NCBI GenBank assembly: GCA_900617105.1
Contig: UYFQ01000732.1
Span: 124,001 to 188,000, forward strand
Reading direction: 5' to 3'
Source of the DNA: Hydrurus foetidus
Lineage: Eukaryota
DNA: 64,000 nt
Made by a program: the position numbers and the translations under genes. Of this stretch, positions 19,355 through 29,301 are shown in pieces. The notes below the pieces were generated by a model that was given only the letters and a program-made list of their open reading frames with translations, made no database searches and was not told the origin of the DNA. The number at the start of each line of letters is the position of its first letter. Position 1 is the first letter of the stretch.

Positions 19355-21943
19355 ATGTTGATGGCACTGTTCACCACTTTTTCCTGGCAAGAGCTGCGCC
19401 ACCACCCGTGGCGCAACGCAGCCGCCGTCGTGTCGGTCATGCTGGGGGTGGCGCTGGCGTTTGCCGTGCACCTGATCAATGCCTCGGCGCTGGACGAGTT
19501 CTCACAAGCCGTGCGATCGGTAGGCGGCCAACCTGACCTGGAACTGCGCAGCGCGGCTGGGGGCAACGGCGGTGTGAGCCTGGCCCTGTGGAGCCGCCTG
19601 CTGCTGCACCCCGACGTGGCGGTGGCCTCCCCCGTGCTGGAGCTCAGCACCTATGCCGTGCACGACGGCAAAAAAGTACTGCTGCGCGTGGTGGGCATCG
19701 ACCCCCTGCAGGTGGCTGGCGTGGCGCCAGACCTGCTGCCCATTCCCGCTGCGGGCGCTGACCGGTTGGCCCTGTTTGCGCCCGACGCGGTGTTTTTGAA
19801 CCCGCTGGCGCGCCAGGCACTCAAAGGTAACAGTTTGCAACTGCAACAGGGGTTACAGCTGCGCACGGTGCAGGTGGCAGGCCGCGTACAGGCGGGCGGC
19901 GCGCCACTGGCGGTGATGGACATTGCCGCCGTGCAAGACCTGTTTGCAGCGGGCGATCGCATGACACGCGTGGACCTGCGCCTGCGCGCCGGGGTGGACC
20001 GCGCGGCCTTTGTGCGCACCACGCTCGCAGCACCTGACTGGCCCGCCGGTGCCACGCTGCGCGAGCCGGGCGACGCGGTGGCACGCATTGGCAACCTGTC
20101 GCGCGCCTACCGCGTGAACCTGACGGTGCTGGCACTGGTGGCGCTGTTCACCGGCGGGTTTCTGGTGTTTTCGGTGCTGGCGCTCAGCGTGGCGCGGCGG
20201 GCGCAGCAATTTGCGCTGCTGGGTGTACTGGGCCTGACGGGCACGCAGCGCCTGCGGCTGGTGCTGCTGGAGGCGGCAGCGCTGGGCGCCGTGGGCAGCG
20301 GGCTGGGCCTGGCGCTGGGCAGCGGGCTGGCCGCGCTGGCGCTGCGCCTGCTGGGGGGTGACCTGGGCGGTGGCTTTTTTGCCGGTAGCGCGCCCGCGTT
20401 GCAATGGAGCCCGGGCGCGGCACTGGTGTTTGGGCTGCTGGGCGTGGCCGCGGCGCTGGTGGGCGCCTGGGCACCCGCGCGGCTGGCGCAGCAGCTGCCA
20501 CCGGCGCAAACGCTGAAGGGCTTGGGCAGCGTGGCGGGCCGGCGCAGCCAGGCTTGGATGGGCCTGCTCTTGCTGCTGGCCGGTTGTCTGCTGGCGCTGT
20601 TACCGCCCGTGGCGGGCATTCCGCTGGCGGCGTATCTGAGTGTGGCGCTCCTGCTGCTGGGCGGCATTACTGCCTTGCCCGCTGCCGTGGGCTGGGTGCT
20701 GGACGCCGTGGCCCCGCTGGTGGCGCGCCGCGCCCTGCCGCTGCTGGCCGTGGAACGGGCCCGGCGCGTGCGCGAAAGTGCGGCGGTGGCGGTCAGCGGT
20801 GTGGTGGCATCGCTGAGCTTGGCGGTGGCGCTCACCGTGATGGTGGCCAGCTTTCGCCACTCGGTCACCGAGTGGCTGGACACCGTGCTGCCCGCCGCGC
20901 TGTATGTGCGCGGTGCCAGCAGCGGCAGCGCGCTGGACACAGCCTACTTCGACCCCGCCTTTGTGCAGGGCGCGGCGCAGGTAGCGGGCGTGGAGCGCCT
21001 GAGCACCCAACGCAGCCTGCCGCTGACACTGGACCCGGCCCAACCCGCCGTGGTGCTGGTGGTGCGCCCGCTGCACGATGCGCAAACCGGCGCACTCACA
21101 CTGCCGCTGGTGGGCAACGCGCTGCCCGTGCCAGCAGGCCGCACGGGGGTGTACGTGAGCGAGGCCATGCTGGACCTGTATGGCGCCCGCCTGGGGCAGG
21201 ACTTGCCTGCGCTTTCAGCATCATTCAGGCCTCTAGCCCCCGAAAACACTGCGCCAGTAGCTCCTGTTTTTGTAGCAGGCGTGTGGCGCGACTACTCCCG
21301 CCAGTTTGGCACGGTGGCCATGGAGCAGGCCGACTTTGCCCGCATCAGCCAGGACACCCGGGTCAACGACATTGCGCTGTGGCTCACGCCGGAGGCTGAC
21401 GGGGCCCGGGTGCAAGACGACCTGCGCGCCCTGGCCAACCGGCTGGCCAAAACGCCAGGCGGCGAGGCCGCCAACTTGCTGGAATTTGGCTCGGCCGCCG
21501 AGATCCGTACCACCAGCCTGAAGATTTTTGACCGCAGCTTTGCCGTGACCTACTGGCTGCAGGCCGTGGCCATTGGCATCGGCCTGTTTGGCGTGGCGGC
21601 CAGCTTCAGCGCGCAGGTCTTGGCGCGGCGCAAAGAGTTTGGGCTGCTGGTGCACCTGGGGCTCACGCGCCGGCAAATCCTGCGCGTGGTGGCGCTGGAG
21701 GGCGCGGCCTGGACCACGCTGGGCGCACTGGCCGGTGTGGCGCTGGGCTTGGCAGTGGCCGTGGTGCTGGTGCATGTGGTGAACCCACAGAGCTTTCACT
21801 GGACCATGGAACTGGCCCTGCCTTGGGGCCGGCTGGCGGCGCTGGGGGCGGCAGTCATTGCCGCGGGCACCGTCACCGCCTGGCTGTCTGGTCAGGCGGC
21901 TGCCGGCCACGATGCGGTGATGGCTGTCAAAGAGGACTGGTAG
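19355..21943 (+). CDS. FtsX-like ABC permease (AttF/G-like)
   Basis: Two FtsX-type TM bundles, YRVNLTVLALVAL, NPQSFHWTM, ends VKEDW. Confidence 0.88.
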   Translation: MLMALFTTFSWQELRHHPWRNAAAVVSVMLGVALAFAVHLINASALDEFSQAVRSVGGQPDLELRSAAGGNGGVSLALWSRLLLHPDVAVASPVLELSTYAVHDGKKVLLRVVGIDPLQVAGVAPDLLPIPAAGADRLALFAPDAVFLNPLARQALKGNSLQLQQGLQLRTVQVAGRVQAGGAPLAVMDIAAVQDLFAAGDRMTRVDLRLRAGVDRAAFVRTTLAAPDWPAGATLREPGDAVARIGNLSRAYRVNLTVLALVALFTGGFLVFSVLALSVARRAQQFALLGVLGLTGTQRLRLVLLEAAALGAVGSGLGLALGSGLAALALRLLGGDLGGGFFAGSAPALQWSPGAALVFGLLGVAAALVGAWAPARLAQQLPPAQTLKGLGSVAGRRSQAWMGLLLLLAGCLLALLPPVAGIPLAAYLSVALLLLGGITALPAAVGWVLDAVAPLVARRALPLLAVERARRVRESAAVAVSGVVASLSLAVALTVMVASFRHSVTEWLDTVLPAALYVRGASSGSALDTAYFDPAFVQGAAQVAGVERLSTQRSLPLTLDPAQPAVVLVVRPLHDAQTGALTLPLVGNALPVPAGRTGVYVSEAMLDLYGARLGQDLPALSASFRPLAPENTAPVAPVFVAGVWRDYSRQFGTVAMEQADFARISQDTRVNDIALWLTPEADGARVQDDLRALANRLAKTPGGEAANLLEFGSAAEIRTTSLKIFDRSFAVTYWLQAVAIGIGLFGVAASFSAQVLARRKEFGLLVHLGLTRRQILRVVALEGAAWTTLGALAGVALGLAVAVVLVHVVNPQSFHWTMELALPWGRLAALGAAVIAAGTVTAWLSGQAAAGHDAVMAVKEDW

Positions 21944-21987
21944 GACCGGCGGGACTGTTGGGACTGGTCAACGCAACGGAGGGCGAA

Positions 21988-22521
21988 TCAGGGGGAATTG
22001 GACTCCAGGCCGCACAGCACCCGGCCCCGGCCCGCCGCGAACACATTCGCATAACCGGACAATCCCGACACCAACCGCACCAGGGCGCGCGCCACCAGCG
22101 CCAGGCCGTGGCCCACGTCGCGCGTAGGCTCCACCACCCGGACTTGCCAACGCGTCGTCAGGCACACCTCAGGCTGCGCCACCCACTGCAGTTTGATCTG
22201 GTCCTGCCCCTTGTGTGGCCACGCCTCCACCACCACACGCTGCCCGGCCCGCAGCTGCAAGTCATGGCCCAACGCCACGAAATGGTCACCGGTTTCCAGC
22301 AAAGGCGTGTGGCGAGACACATCCAACGTGGCCCAGGCACGACCCGACACCACACGCAGCACACCGGCCGTGCGCGGACGCAGGGTGACCGCCCGGCCCT
22401 TGGCCAGCACCCAGGGGGCATCGACAGGCAGGGAGAACGCGCCGTACTGGATTTCAGTGGCGGGTTGTTGAGGCGGGGACGCTTGTTGGGACTGTTGCAG
22501 CGAGGGGCTTTGGACTGGCAT
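21988..22521 (-). CDS. DUF2917-domain protein
   Basis: LRVVSGRAWAT...GDHFV..G..L.LRAGQRVVVE; divergent from LysR. Confidence 0.75.
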   Translation of the reverse strand: MPVQSPSLQQSQQASPPQQPATEIQYGAFSLPVDAPWVLAKGRAVTLRPRTAGVLRVVSGRAWATLDVSRHTPLLETGDHFVALGHDLQLRAGQRVVVEAWPHKGQDQIKLQWVAQPEVCLTTRWQVRVVEPTRDVGHGLALVARALVRLVSGLSGYANVFAAGRGRVLCGLESNSP

Positions 22522-22636
22522 GGTGGACTCCGATTGAGGTGGTGGGGCAATGAATGATCGCGCTGCCCCGCCACACCGTCCAATGAAATCGGGCTATGCT
22601 ATTCATTCCATTCACGCATGAATCGACGTTGCCACC

Positions 22637-23638
22637 ATGTCCTCTGCCGTTCCCTCCAGCACCGAGATCCGCCTGCGCACCCGCCCGATTGCCATGGGCC
22701 ACCTGCGTGCCCTGGAGGCGGTAGCCCGCCACCTGAACTTCCGGGCGGCAGCCGAAGAACTGTCGCTGACCCAAAGCGCGGTCAGCCGCCAGGTGCAAGC
22801 GCTGGAAGAGGAGGTGGGCGTGCCCCTGTTTTTGCGCCACACGCGCGCCGTGGAGCTGACCGGCGCGGGCGCCCAATTGTTGCGCGCCGTGGTGCCTTCG
22901 CTGGAGCGGGTGGACAGCGCAGTGCGCCTGATCCGCCGCACCGCAGGACGCAAGAGCGTCGCCATTTCCACCTGGGCCTCGTTTGCCTCGATGTGGTTGA
23001 TCCCGCGGCTGGAAGCCTTCCAGGCCGAGTACCCCGACATTGACATCCGCCTGGACGCCACCGACAACCCGGTGGACCTGGACACCAGCGATGTGGACCT
23101 CGCCATCCGCTACACCCGCCCCAGCAATGTCGGGCCAGACGCGGTGCGCATGTTTGGCGAGCAACTCACGCCCGTGGCCAGCCCCTGGCTGCTCAAGAGC
23201 GGCCCGCCCCTGCGCAAGGCGGCCGACCTGAACCGCTTTGCGCTGCTGGAGGCCAGTGACAGCCACCGCCACCAAAACCTGGAATGGCTGACATGGCGGC
23301 GCTGGCTGGATGGCAACCAGTTGCCCAAGCTCGAGCCCAAGCGCTGGATGTATTTCAACTACGCGCACCAGATCGTGCAGGCGGCCCTCACCGGCCAGGG
23401 CGTGGCGCTGGCACGCATGCCGCTGGTGGCCGACAGCCTGGCCAGCGGCGACCTGGTGGAGGTGCTGCCCAATGGCCGCATCGACACGCCGCTGGTGTAC
23501 TTTCTGATCGTCGGGCCGCGCAGCGGCGCGCGGCCCGAGATTCAGGCGTTTTGCGCCTGGCTGATGGCGCAGGCCGCAGTCACCCGCAAGGCCATTGGCG
23601 AAGTGCCAGACCCCGAAACCACCGCCCACCCCGACTGA
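22637..23638 (+). CDS. LysR-family regulator (GcvA-like)
   Basis: VARHLNFRAAAEELSLTQSAVSRQV helix-turn-helix; AALTGQGVAL. Confidence 0.93.
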   Translation: MSSAVPSSTEIRLRTRPIAMGHLRALEAVARHLNFRAAAEELSLTQSAVSRQVQALEEEVGVPLFLRHTRAVELTGAGAQLLRAVVPSLERVDSAVRLIRRTAGRKSVAISTWASFASMWLIPRLEAFQAEYPDIDIRLDATDNPVDLDTSDVDLAIRYTRPSNVGPDAVRMFGEQLTPVASPWLLKSGPPLRKAADLNRFALLEASDSHRHQNLEWLTWRRWLDGNQLPKLEPKRWMYFNYAHQIVQAALTGQGVALARMPLVADSLASGDLVEVLPNGRIDTPLVYFLIVGPRSGARPEIQAFCAWLMAQAAVTRKAIGEVPDPETTAHPD

Positions 23639-23663
23639 GCCATTGCCCAGCCTCACACCTTCC

Positions 23664-24275
23664 ATGACAATGGCACGCATGCGTATTTCCCGTCCCCCTT
23701 TCACCCGCGCGCTGGTGGTGTTGACCGCGCTGGCCGCCCTGGCCGGCGGCCCCGCCCTGGCACAGGAGGCAATGGTCACCAAGCGCGCCTCTGCCTTGCG
23801 CGATGGCCCGGCCGACAGTGCCAATACCCTGGTCGCCCTCCCCGCCCAAACGCCGCTGACCCGACTGCCCACACGCCAAGGGCCATGGATCCAGGTGAAA
23901 ACAGCGGCGGGCGCCAGTGGCTGGATTCACCTGTTTGACGTGGGCAGTGCCACCGAGCAAGGCAGCGTGGCCAGTGCCGCCACCGGCGCGCTGCGCGGGC
24001 TGTCCAACCTGTTCAACCGCGGCAGCGCGCAAAACCAGAACCCGGGCGGCGCCACGGCCACCGTGGGCATTCGCGGCCTGGGGGCCGAAGACATTGCCAA
24101 CGCCCAGCCCAATATGGCCGCCCTAACCCAAGCCGAGGGCCAGCGCCAAGATGCAGCCCAGGCCAAGCGCTTTGCCGCCGATGCCAGCTTGGCCTCCCGC
24201 GCGGTGGAGCCACTGCCGGTGCCCGCGCCGCCCACACCCCCTATCCGCCCCAACATCAAGGGGGCCTTCCCATGA
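23664..24275 (+). CDS. Exported SH3-like domain protein
   Basis: Signal peptide, LRDGP..SA, RQGPWIQV..GWIH, VGIRGL. Confidence 0.75.
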   Translation: MTMARMRISRPPFTRALVVLTALAALAGGPALAQEAMVTKRASALRDGPADSANTLVALPAQTPLTRLPTRQGPWIQVKTAAGASGWIHLFDVGSATEQGSVASAATGALRGLSNLFNRGSAQNQNPGGATATVGIRGLGAEDIANAQPNMAALTQAEGQRQDAAQAKRFAADASLASRAVEPLPVPAPPTPPIRPNIKGAFP

Positions 24276-25216
24276 AGCGCACCGTACTCGGCCTGTGCCT
24301 GGCCACCTGCTTTGCCGCTGCGCCCCTGTCGCTCCAGGCGCAAGATGCCGGCAAGGCGCTGGGTGGCCTGCTGCAAAACCTTCTCAAACCCAACCAAGGT
24401 GGCGGTGGCGGCCTGGGCCTGTCGCTGGGAGGCAACAACAATGCCGCCAATGCCGGGAATGCGGTGGACTTGGTGGGGCTGCTCTCGCAGTCGCTGGAGC
24501 AGATTGACGAGCCCAAAGAAATCGAAATCGGCCGCCAACTCTCTGCCGTGCTGCTGGGCACCAAGCCCCTGCACCCGGACATGGCGCTGCAGCGCTACGT
24601 GAACCGCCTGGGCCGCTGGATCAGCCTGCAGTCGGCCCGGCCTGACCTGCCCTGGACCTTTGCGGTGCTGGACGACACGGGCTTCAACGCCTTTGCCGCG
24701 CCCGGTGGCTACATCTTTGTGACCAAGGGCCTGGTGGATGCGGTGGCCGATGAATCGGAGCTGGCCGGCATCCTGGCGCATGAGATCCACCACGTGGTGG
24801 GCAAGCACCACCTCAAGGCCATGCGCAAGTCCGCGCAAACCGGCATGCTGACCAAGGCCATCGCCTCGCAGTTTGGCAACAACGTGCAGGGCATGGTGTC
24901 GGCCCAGCTGCTGGCCTTGGGCAAAGACATGTATTCCAAAGGCCTGGACCAGGAAGACGAGTTGGAAGCCGACCGCAATGGCGTCGCGCTGGCCGCCCGC
25001 GCGGGCTTTGACCCCTATGGCCTGGTAGCCGTGCTGCAGCAGCTGCGCACCGCCAAGCCCGACAACCCGGTGTTCACCCTCACCCTGAGCACCCACCCGG
25101 CCGCCCAGGTGCGGCTGGACCAGCTCGAAGCGGCCATGGGCCAGCGGCTGGACGCACTCTCGGGCCAGCCCTCGCCCACCATCCCGCAGCGCCTGGCGCG
25201 TGCCGGCAGCCGCTAG
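24272..25216 (+). CDS. M48-family metallopeptidase
   Basis: NAFAAPGG, LAHEIHH (HExxH), ELEADR, STHP. Confidence 0.9.
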   Translation: MKRTVLGLCLATCFAAAPLSLQAQDAGKALGGLLQNLLKPNQGGGGGLGLSLGGNNNAANAGNAVDLVGLLSQSLEQIDEPKEIEIGRQLSAVLLGTKPLHPDMALQRYVNRLGRWISLQSARPDLPWTFAVLDDTGFNAFAAPGGYIFVTKGLVDAVADESELAGILAHEIHHVVGKHHLKAMRKSAQTGMLTKAIASQFGNNVQGMVSAQLLALGKDMYSKGLDQEDELEADRNGVALAARAGFDPYGLVAVLQQLRTAKPDNPVFTLTLSTHPAAQVRLDQLEAAMGQRLDALSGQPSPTIPQRLARAGSR

Positions 25217-26318
25217 TCGCCCGGCCCCCTTGCTAAGCCGCCGCACCCTGCTGGCCACGCCCGCGCTGGCAGGCGCTTGGCCTGCCGTTTGGGCACTGCC
25301 CAAAACAACGCTGCGCTTTCCGCGTGACGCGGGCAGCCACAACGACTTCGCCACCGAGTGGTGGTACCTCACCGGCTATGCCAACGTGGCAGGCCAGTCC
25401 GCAGCGCTGGGTTTTCAGGTCACGTTTTTTCGCAGCCGCGTGGCCGCGACTCAGGGCATGCAATCGCGCCTGGCGGCCAAACAGCTGCTGTTTGCCCACG
25501 CCGCCGTCACCGATGTGGAAGGCAAAAAACTGTGGCACGACCAGCGCATCGCCCGCTGGTCTGGCGAGCCCGCGGGCAGCAACCCGGCAGACACGGCATC
25601 GGCCAGCTTGCAGGACACCGGCGTACTGTTACGCGACTGGTCCTTGCAGCGCCAAGGCGCGGACCTGCAAGCGAAGGTTTCTGCCGGCGATTTCACGCTC
25701 AATCTGAACTTCAAAGCCACCCAGCCCGTGCTGCTGCAGGGCCAAGACGGCCTGTCACGCAAGGGGCCGGAGGAAAAGCAGGCCAGCTACTACTACAGCC
25801 TGCCGCAGCTGCAGGTCAGCGGCAGCATCGCACTGCAGGGCCAACCCCGCGCGCTGGAGGCCGGCAGCACTGCCTGGCTGGACCACGAGTGGAGCCAGGA
25901 GGTGCTGCATCCGCAAGCCCAGGGCTGGGACTGGATCGGTATCAACCTGTTCGATGGCAGCGCGCTCACGGCGTTCCAACTGCGCGACCGACAAGGCGGC
26001 GTGCTGTGGGACGGTGGATCGTTTCGCAGCGCGGCGGGTGTGCGCTCTGCGTTCTCGCGCGGCGAGGTGCTGTTCAAACCCACGCGCAGCTGGCGCAGCC
26101 CGCTGAGCAAGGCCAGCTACCCGGTGGAATGGATCGTGCGCACCCCGGCCAGCCTCTACACGGTGAAGGCCGTCATCGACAACCAGGAACTCGACAGCCG
26201 CGGCTCCACGGGCGCCATCTACTGGGAAGGCCTCAGTGAGGTCTGGGACAGCAATGGCAAACTGGTCGGGCGCGGCTACCTGGAGATGACAGGGTATGCG
26301 GCGGCGCTGAAGCTGTAG
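25200..26318 (+). CDS. AttH/CrtC-like lipocalin-fold protein
   Basis: TEWWYLTG, AWLDHEWS, GWDWIGINL, YWEG, GYLEMTGY. Confidence 0.88.
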   Translation: MPAAASRPAPLLSRRTLLATPALAGAWPAVWALPKTTLRFPRDAGSHNDFATEWWYLTGYANVAGQSAALGFQVTFFRSRVAATQGMQSRLAAKQLLFAHAAVTDVEGKKLWHDQRIARWSGEPAGSNPADTASASLQDTGVLLRDWSLQRQGADLQAKVSAGDFTLNLNFKATQPVLLQGQDGLSRKGPEEKQASYYYSLPQLQVSGSIALQGQPRALEAGSTAWLDHEWSQEVLHPQAQGWDWIGINLFDGSALTAFQLRDRQGGVLWDGGSFRSAAGVRSAFSRGEVLFKPTRSWRSPLSKASYPVEWIVRTPASLYTVKAVIDNQELDSRGSTGAIYWEGLSEVWDSNGKLVGRGYLEMTGYAAALKL

Positions 26319-26356
26319 CCCGCGCAGCAACAAACCGCAACAAACCGAAAACCAGC

Positions 26357-26411
26357 CGCTACAAAAGCGATAGCTGCTCGCGCAATAATGGCGGGGGCTA
26401 GAGGCTTACTT
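26357..26411 (+). repeat. Interspersed ~55-bp repeat, intergenic copy
   Basis: GCTACAAAAGCGATAGCTGCTCGCGCAATAATGGCGGGGGCTAGAGGC; related copies at 5566, 9307, 21223, 27481, 32985, 34168, 47138. Confidence 0.85.
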
Positions 26412-26467
26412 CGTTATATTTCTCCGGCCACCTTGCCTCCCTCCCCCTCGCCCCCACCTAGGCTGCC

Positions 26468-28246
26468 ATGACCTCTTCCGACCGCCCCAAAGCCACCAAC
26501 GCCAAATCCCTCTCCGGCCTGCTGCCGTTTCTGCGGCCCTACCGGGGGCGCATTGGTATGGCGCTGGTGTTTCTGGTACTGGCGGCGGGCGCCACGCTGG
26601 CGTTTCCGTTGGCGCTGCGCAGCCTGATTGACGGCGGGCTGGTGCAAAGCGACAAGGGCGCGCAGGTGATGGCGCTGCGCGAGCACTTTGCCGCACTGTT
26701 TGCGGTGGCCGTGGCCCTGGGCCTGTTTTCGGCCGGGCGCTTCTACATGGTGAGCTGGCTGGGCGAACGCGTCACCGCCGACCTGCGCAACGCGGTCTAC
26801 AGCCATGTGCTGAAGCAAAGCCCCGAGTTTTTTGAAACCACGCAGACTGGCGAGGTGCTCTCGCGCCTGTCGGCCGACACCACGCTGGTGCAAACCGTAG
26901 TCGGCTCCTCGCTGTCCATGGGCCTGCGCAATGCGGTGATGGGCCTTGGCGCCCTGGGCGTGCTGGTGTGGACCAACCCGGTGGTGATGCTGCAGGTGCT
27001 GGTGGTGCTGGTCTTGGTGGTGGTGCCCAGCCTGTGGTTTGGCCGGCGTGTGCGCAAGCTGTCGCGCGCCTCGCAAGACCGCATTGCCGACTCCAGCGCC
27101 ATTGCGGCCGAGGTGCTGAACGCCATCCCCGTGGTGCAAAGCTACACCGCCGAGGGGCGCGAGACCGCACGCTTTGTCACCTCCACCGACAACGCCTTCG
27201 AGACCGCCACCAAGCGCAGCCTGATGCGCTCGGTGCTGGTCGCCTTCATCATCATCGCCACGTCGGCCGCCCTGCTGTGGGGCCTGTACCAGGGCACGCA
27301 GGCCGTGTCCGAGGGACGCATCAGCGCCGGCGACCTGGGGCAGACCGTGGTCTACGTGATCATTTTGGCCAGCGCCTTTGCAGTGCTGGGCGAGGTGTAT
27401 GGCGACTTGCTGCGCGCCGCCGGCGCCACCGAGCGCTTGATGGAACTGCTGGGCACCCAGTCGCCCATCACTTCACCATCAAAACCGCTGCTAGCCCCCA
27501 TGCCTTCTGCGGGAAGCGCTATCAAATTTGAAGCGATTGATTTCCACTACCCGTCGCGCCCCTTGCAACCGGCGCTGCAAAACTTCAGCCTGAACGTGCA
27601 GCCCGGCCAGACCGTGGCCATCGTCGGGCCCAGCGGAGCGGGCAAAAGCACGGTGTTCCAGCTGCTGCTGCGTTACTACGACCCGCAAGGCGGCGGCATT
27701 GTGCTGGACGGCGTGGGTACGCGCGACATGGCGCTGGACGCGCTGCGCCAGCGCGTGGGCATCGTGCCGCAGGACGCGGTGATCTTCTCCAGTAGCGCGT
27801 TGGAAAACATCCGCTACGGCAAGCCCGATGCGACTGACGCCGAAGTCAAGGCCGCTGCCCAGGCCGCGTTTGCCCACGAGTTCATCAGCGCCCTGCCCCA
27901 GGGCTACGACACCTTCCTGGGCGAGCGCGGCGTGCGCCTGTCGGGCGGCCAACGCCAGCGCATAGCCATTGCGCGCGCCATGCTGAAGAATCCACCACTG
28001 CTGCTGCTGGACGAAGCCACCAGCGCGCTGGACGCCGAGAGCGAACGCATGGTGCAGGCCGCCCTCGAAAGCGCCATGCGCGACCGCACCACACTGGTCA
28101 TCGCCCACCGCTTGGCCACGGTGCAAAAAGCCGACCTGATCGTGGTGCTGGACCACGGCAAACTGGTGGAGCAAGGGACGCATGCCGAGCTGGTGGCGCG
28201 CGGTGGCGTGTACGCCGGGCTGGCGGCACTGCAGTTCAACGCCTGA
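26468..28246 (+). CDS. MsbA-like ABC transporter (fused permease/ATPase)
   Basis: 6-TM domain plus GPSGAGKS, LSGGQRQR, LLLDEATSALD. Confidence 0.93.
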   Translation: MTSSDRPKATNAKSLSGLLPFLRPYRGRIGMALVFLVLAAGATLAFPLALRSLIDGGLVQSDKGAQVMALREHFAALFAVAVALGLFSAGRFYMVSWLGERVTADLRNAVYSHVLKQSPEFFETTQTGEVLSRLSADTTLVQTVVGSSLSMGLRNAVMGLGALGVLVWTNPVVMLQVLVVLVLVVVPSLWFGRRVRKLSRASQDRIADSSAIAAEVLNAIPVVQSYTAEGRETARFVTSTDNAFETATKRSLMRSVLVAFIIIATSAALLWGLYQGTQAVSEGRISAGDLGQTVVYVIILASAFAVLGEVYGDLLRAAGATERLMELLGTQSPITSPSKPLLAPMPSAGSAIKFEAIDFHYPSRPLQPALQNFSLNVQPGQTVAIVGPSGAGKSTVFQLLLRYYDPQGGGIVLDGVGTRDMALDALRQRVGIVPQDAVIFSSSALENIRYGKPDATDAEVKAAAQAAFAHEFISALPQGYDTFLGERGVRLSGGQRQRIAIARAMLKNPPLLLLDEATSALDAESERMVQAALESAMRDRTTLVIAHRLATVQKADLIVVLDHGKLVEQGTHAELVARGGVYAGLAALQFNA

Positions 28247-28307
28247 GCCGGTGGGTCAGATTTCGACGGGATTCAACAATGAAGGCAAGTCAGAATCGCA
28301 AATGGCA

Positions 28308-29162
28308 CTATTTCTTTGGCGCAAATGCCCCTTGCATTGAATTGGTATTGAACCCCTTGGGCATTGGCAAGCCGGTTGCAAATCGATATAGCGCTGCGGC
28401 ATATATGCCCCCCAGCGCAGTCTGCACCAGTGCGGCAAGGATCACACCAACAACGGTTGCAAACACAGTCAACATGATCAAAGCGACGCTGCCGATCTTC
28501 ACCGCAGCCAAAGTCAGCAATATACCGAAAACAATGATCAAGAAATGAATCAGCCAAAAGGCTGCCCCAATGCCTGCTTGGCCAACGATGTTTTCACCCC
28601 AGGTCTTTTTGAGAATAGAAGCACTCTCCTTGACCGCTTCCAGGGGCCCGGTGTCTCGAACCACCAGAACCGGAACCACAAGGTAAGTCGCGACAGTCCA
28701 ACCGGCGCCCAGGAAGCCAGTAATGATTTTCCCAACAAAGCCGACGCGCTCCTGGATGAAGCGCAATAAGACGCCCACCGTGGCCGCCAGAACGGCGTAG
28801 CCCAGAATGCTGCCGAATTTCGAGCTGGCCAATCGCAGTCCATCGCGCACGGTTGGCTCACCGCCATCAAAGCGGATCATGGCCGCGCCAACTAGGGCTG
28901 CATTGAAGAAGAAAATAACAAAGTACAGACTGACGTAGAACAAAAATCCAATGCCATAGGTAATGGCAGACATCGTAGAAGGCTGAGTTTCAGAGAGTCC
29001 ATCTACGGCACTCAGCCCCAAAAAAGGAAGTGCAAAGGAAACGAGGACCAACAACGCTGCTATGGCCGACACCAAAGGGAACACCAGAAGCTGCCGATCT
29101 GTCTGGAGAACGGCCCAACTAGATTTGATCAATTGCCAGCTACGTGAAATGCGATTGAACAT
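28308..29162 (-). CDS. Conserved membrane protein (DUF6159-like)
   Basis: Multi-TM; RSWQLIKSSWAVL, KKTWGE, IYAAALYRFA. Confidence 0.75.
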   Translation of the reverse strand: MFNRISRSWQLIKSSWAVLQTDRQLLVFPLVSAIAALLVLVSFALPFLGLSAVDGLSETQPSTMSAITYGIGFLFYVSLYFVIFFFNAALVGAAMIRFDGGEPTVRDGLRLASSKFGSILGYAVLAATVGVLLRFIQERVGFVGKIITGFLGAGWTVATYLVVPVLVVRDTGPLEAVKESASILKKTWGENIVGQAGIGAAFWLIHFLIIVFGILLTLAAVKIGSVALIMLTVFATVVGVILAALVQTALGGIYAAALYRFATGLPMPKGFNTNSMQGAFAPKK

Positions 29163-29301
29163 GGAGTTCCTGTGATGGTGAGGTGAAAGGTATTTCCTTG
29201 GCGGATGATAAGAGGAACCACTGAGCGCACGACCTGATTTCCGGACATGCGCCTAACTCGTCCCAGCAGCACAGGGCCACCTTGCGCGTAGCCACCAGAA
29301 A

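Noticed and set aside
29249..29300. GCGCCTAAC resembling an attC core near the island's left side
   Set aside because: No matching L boxes or hairpin partner could be found nearby.
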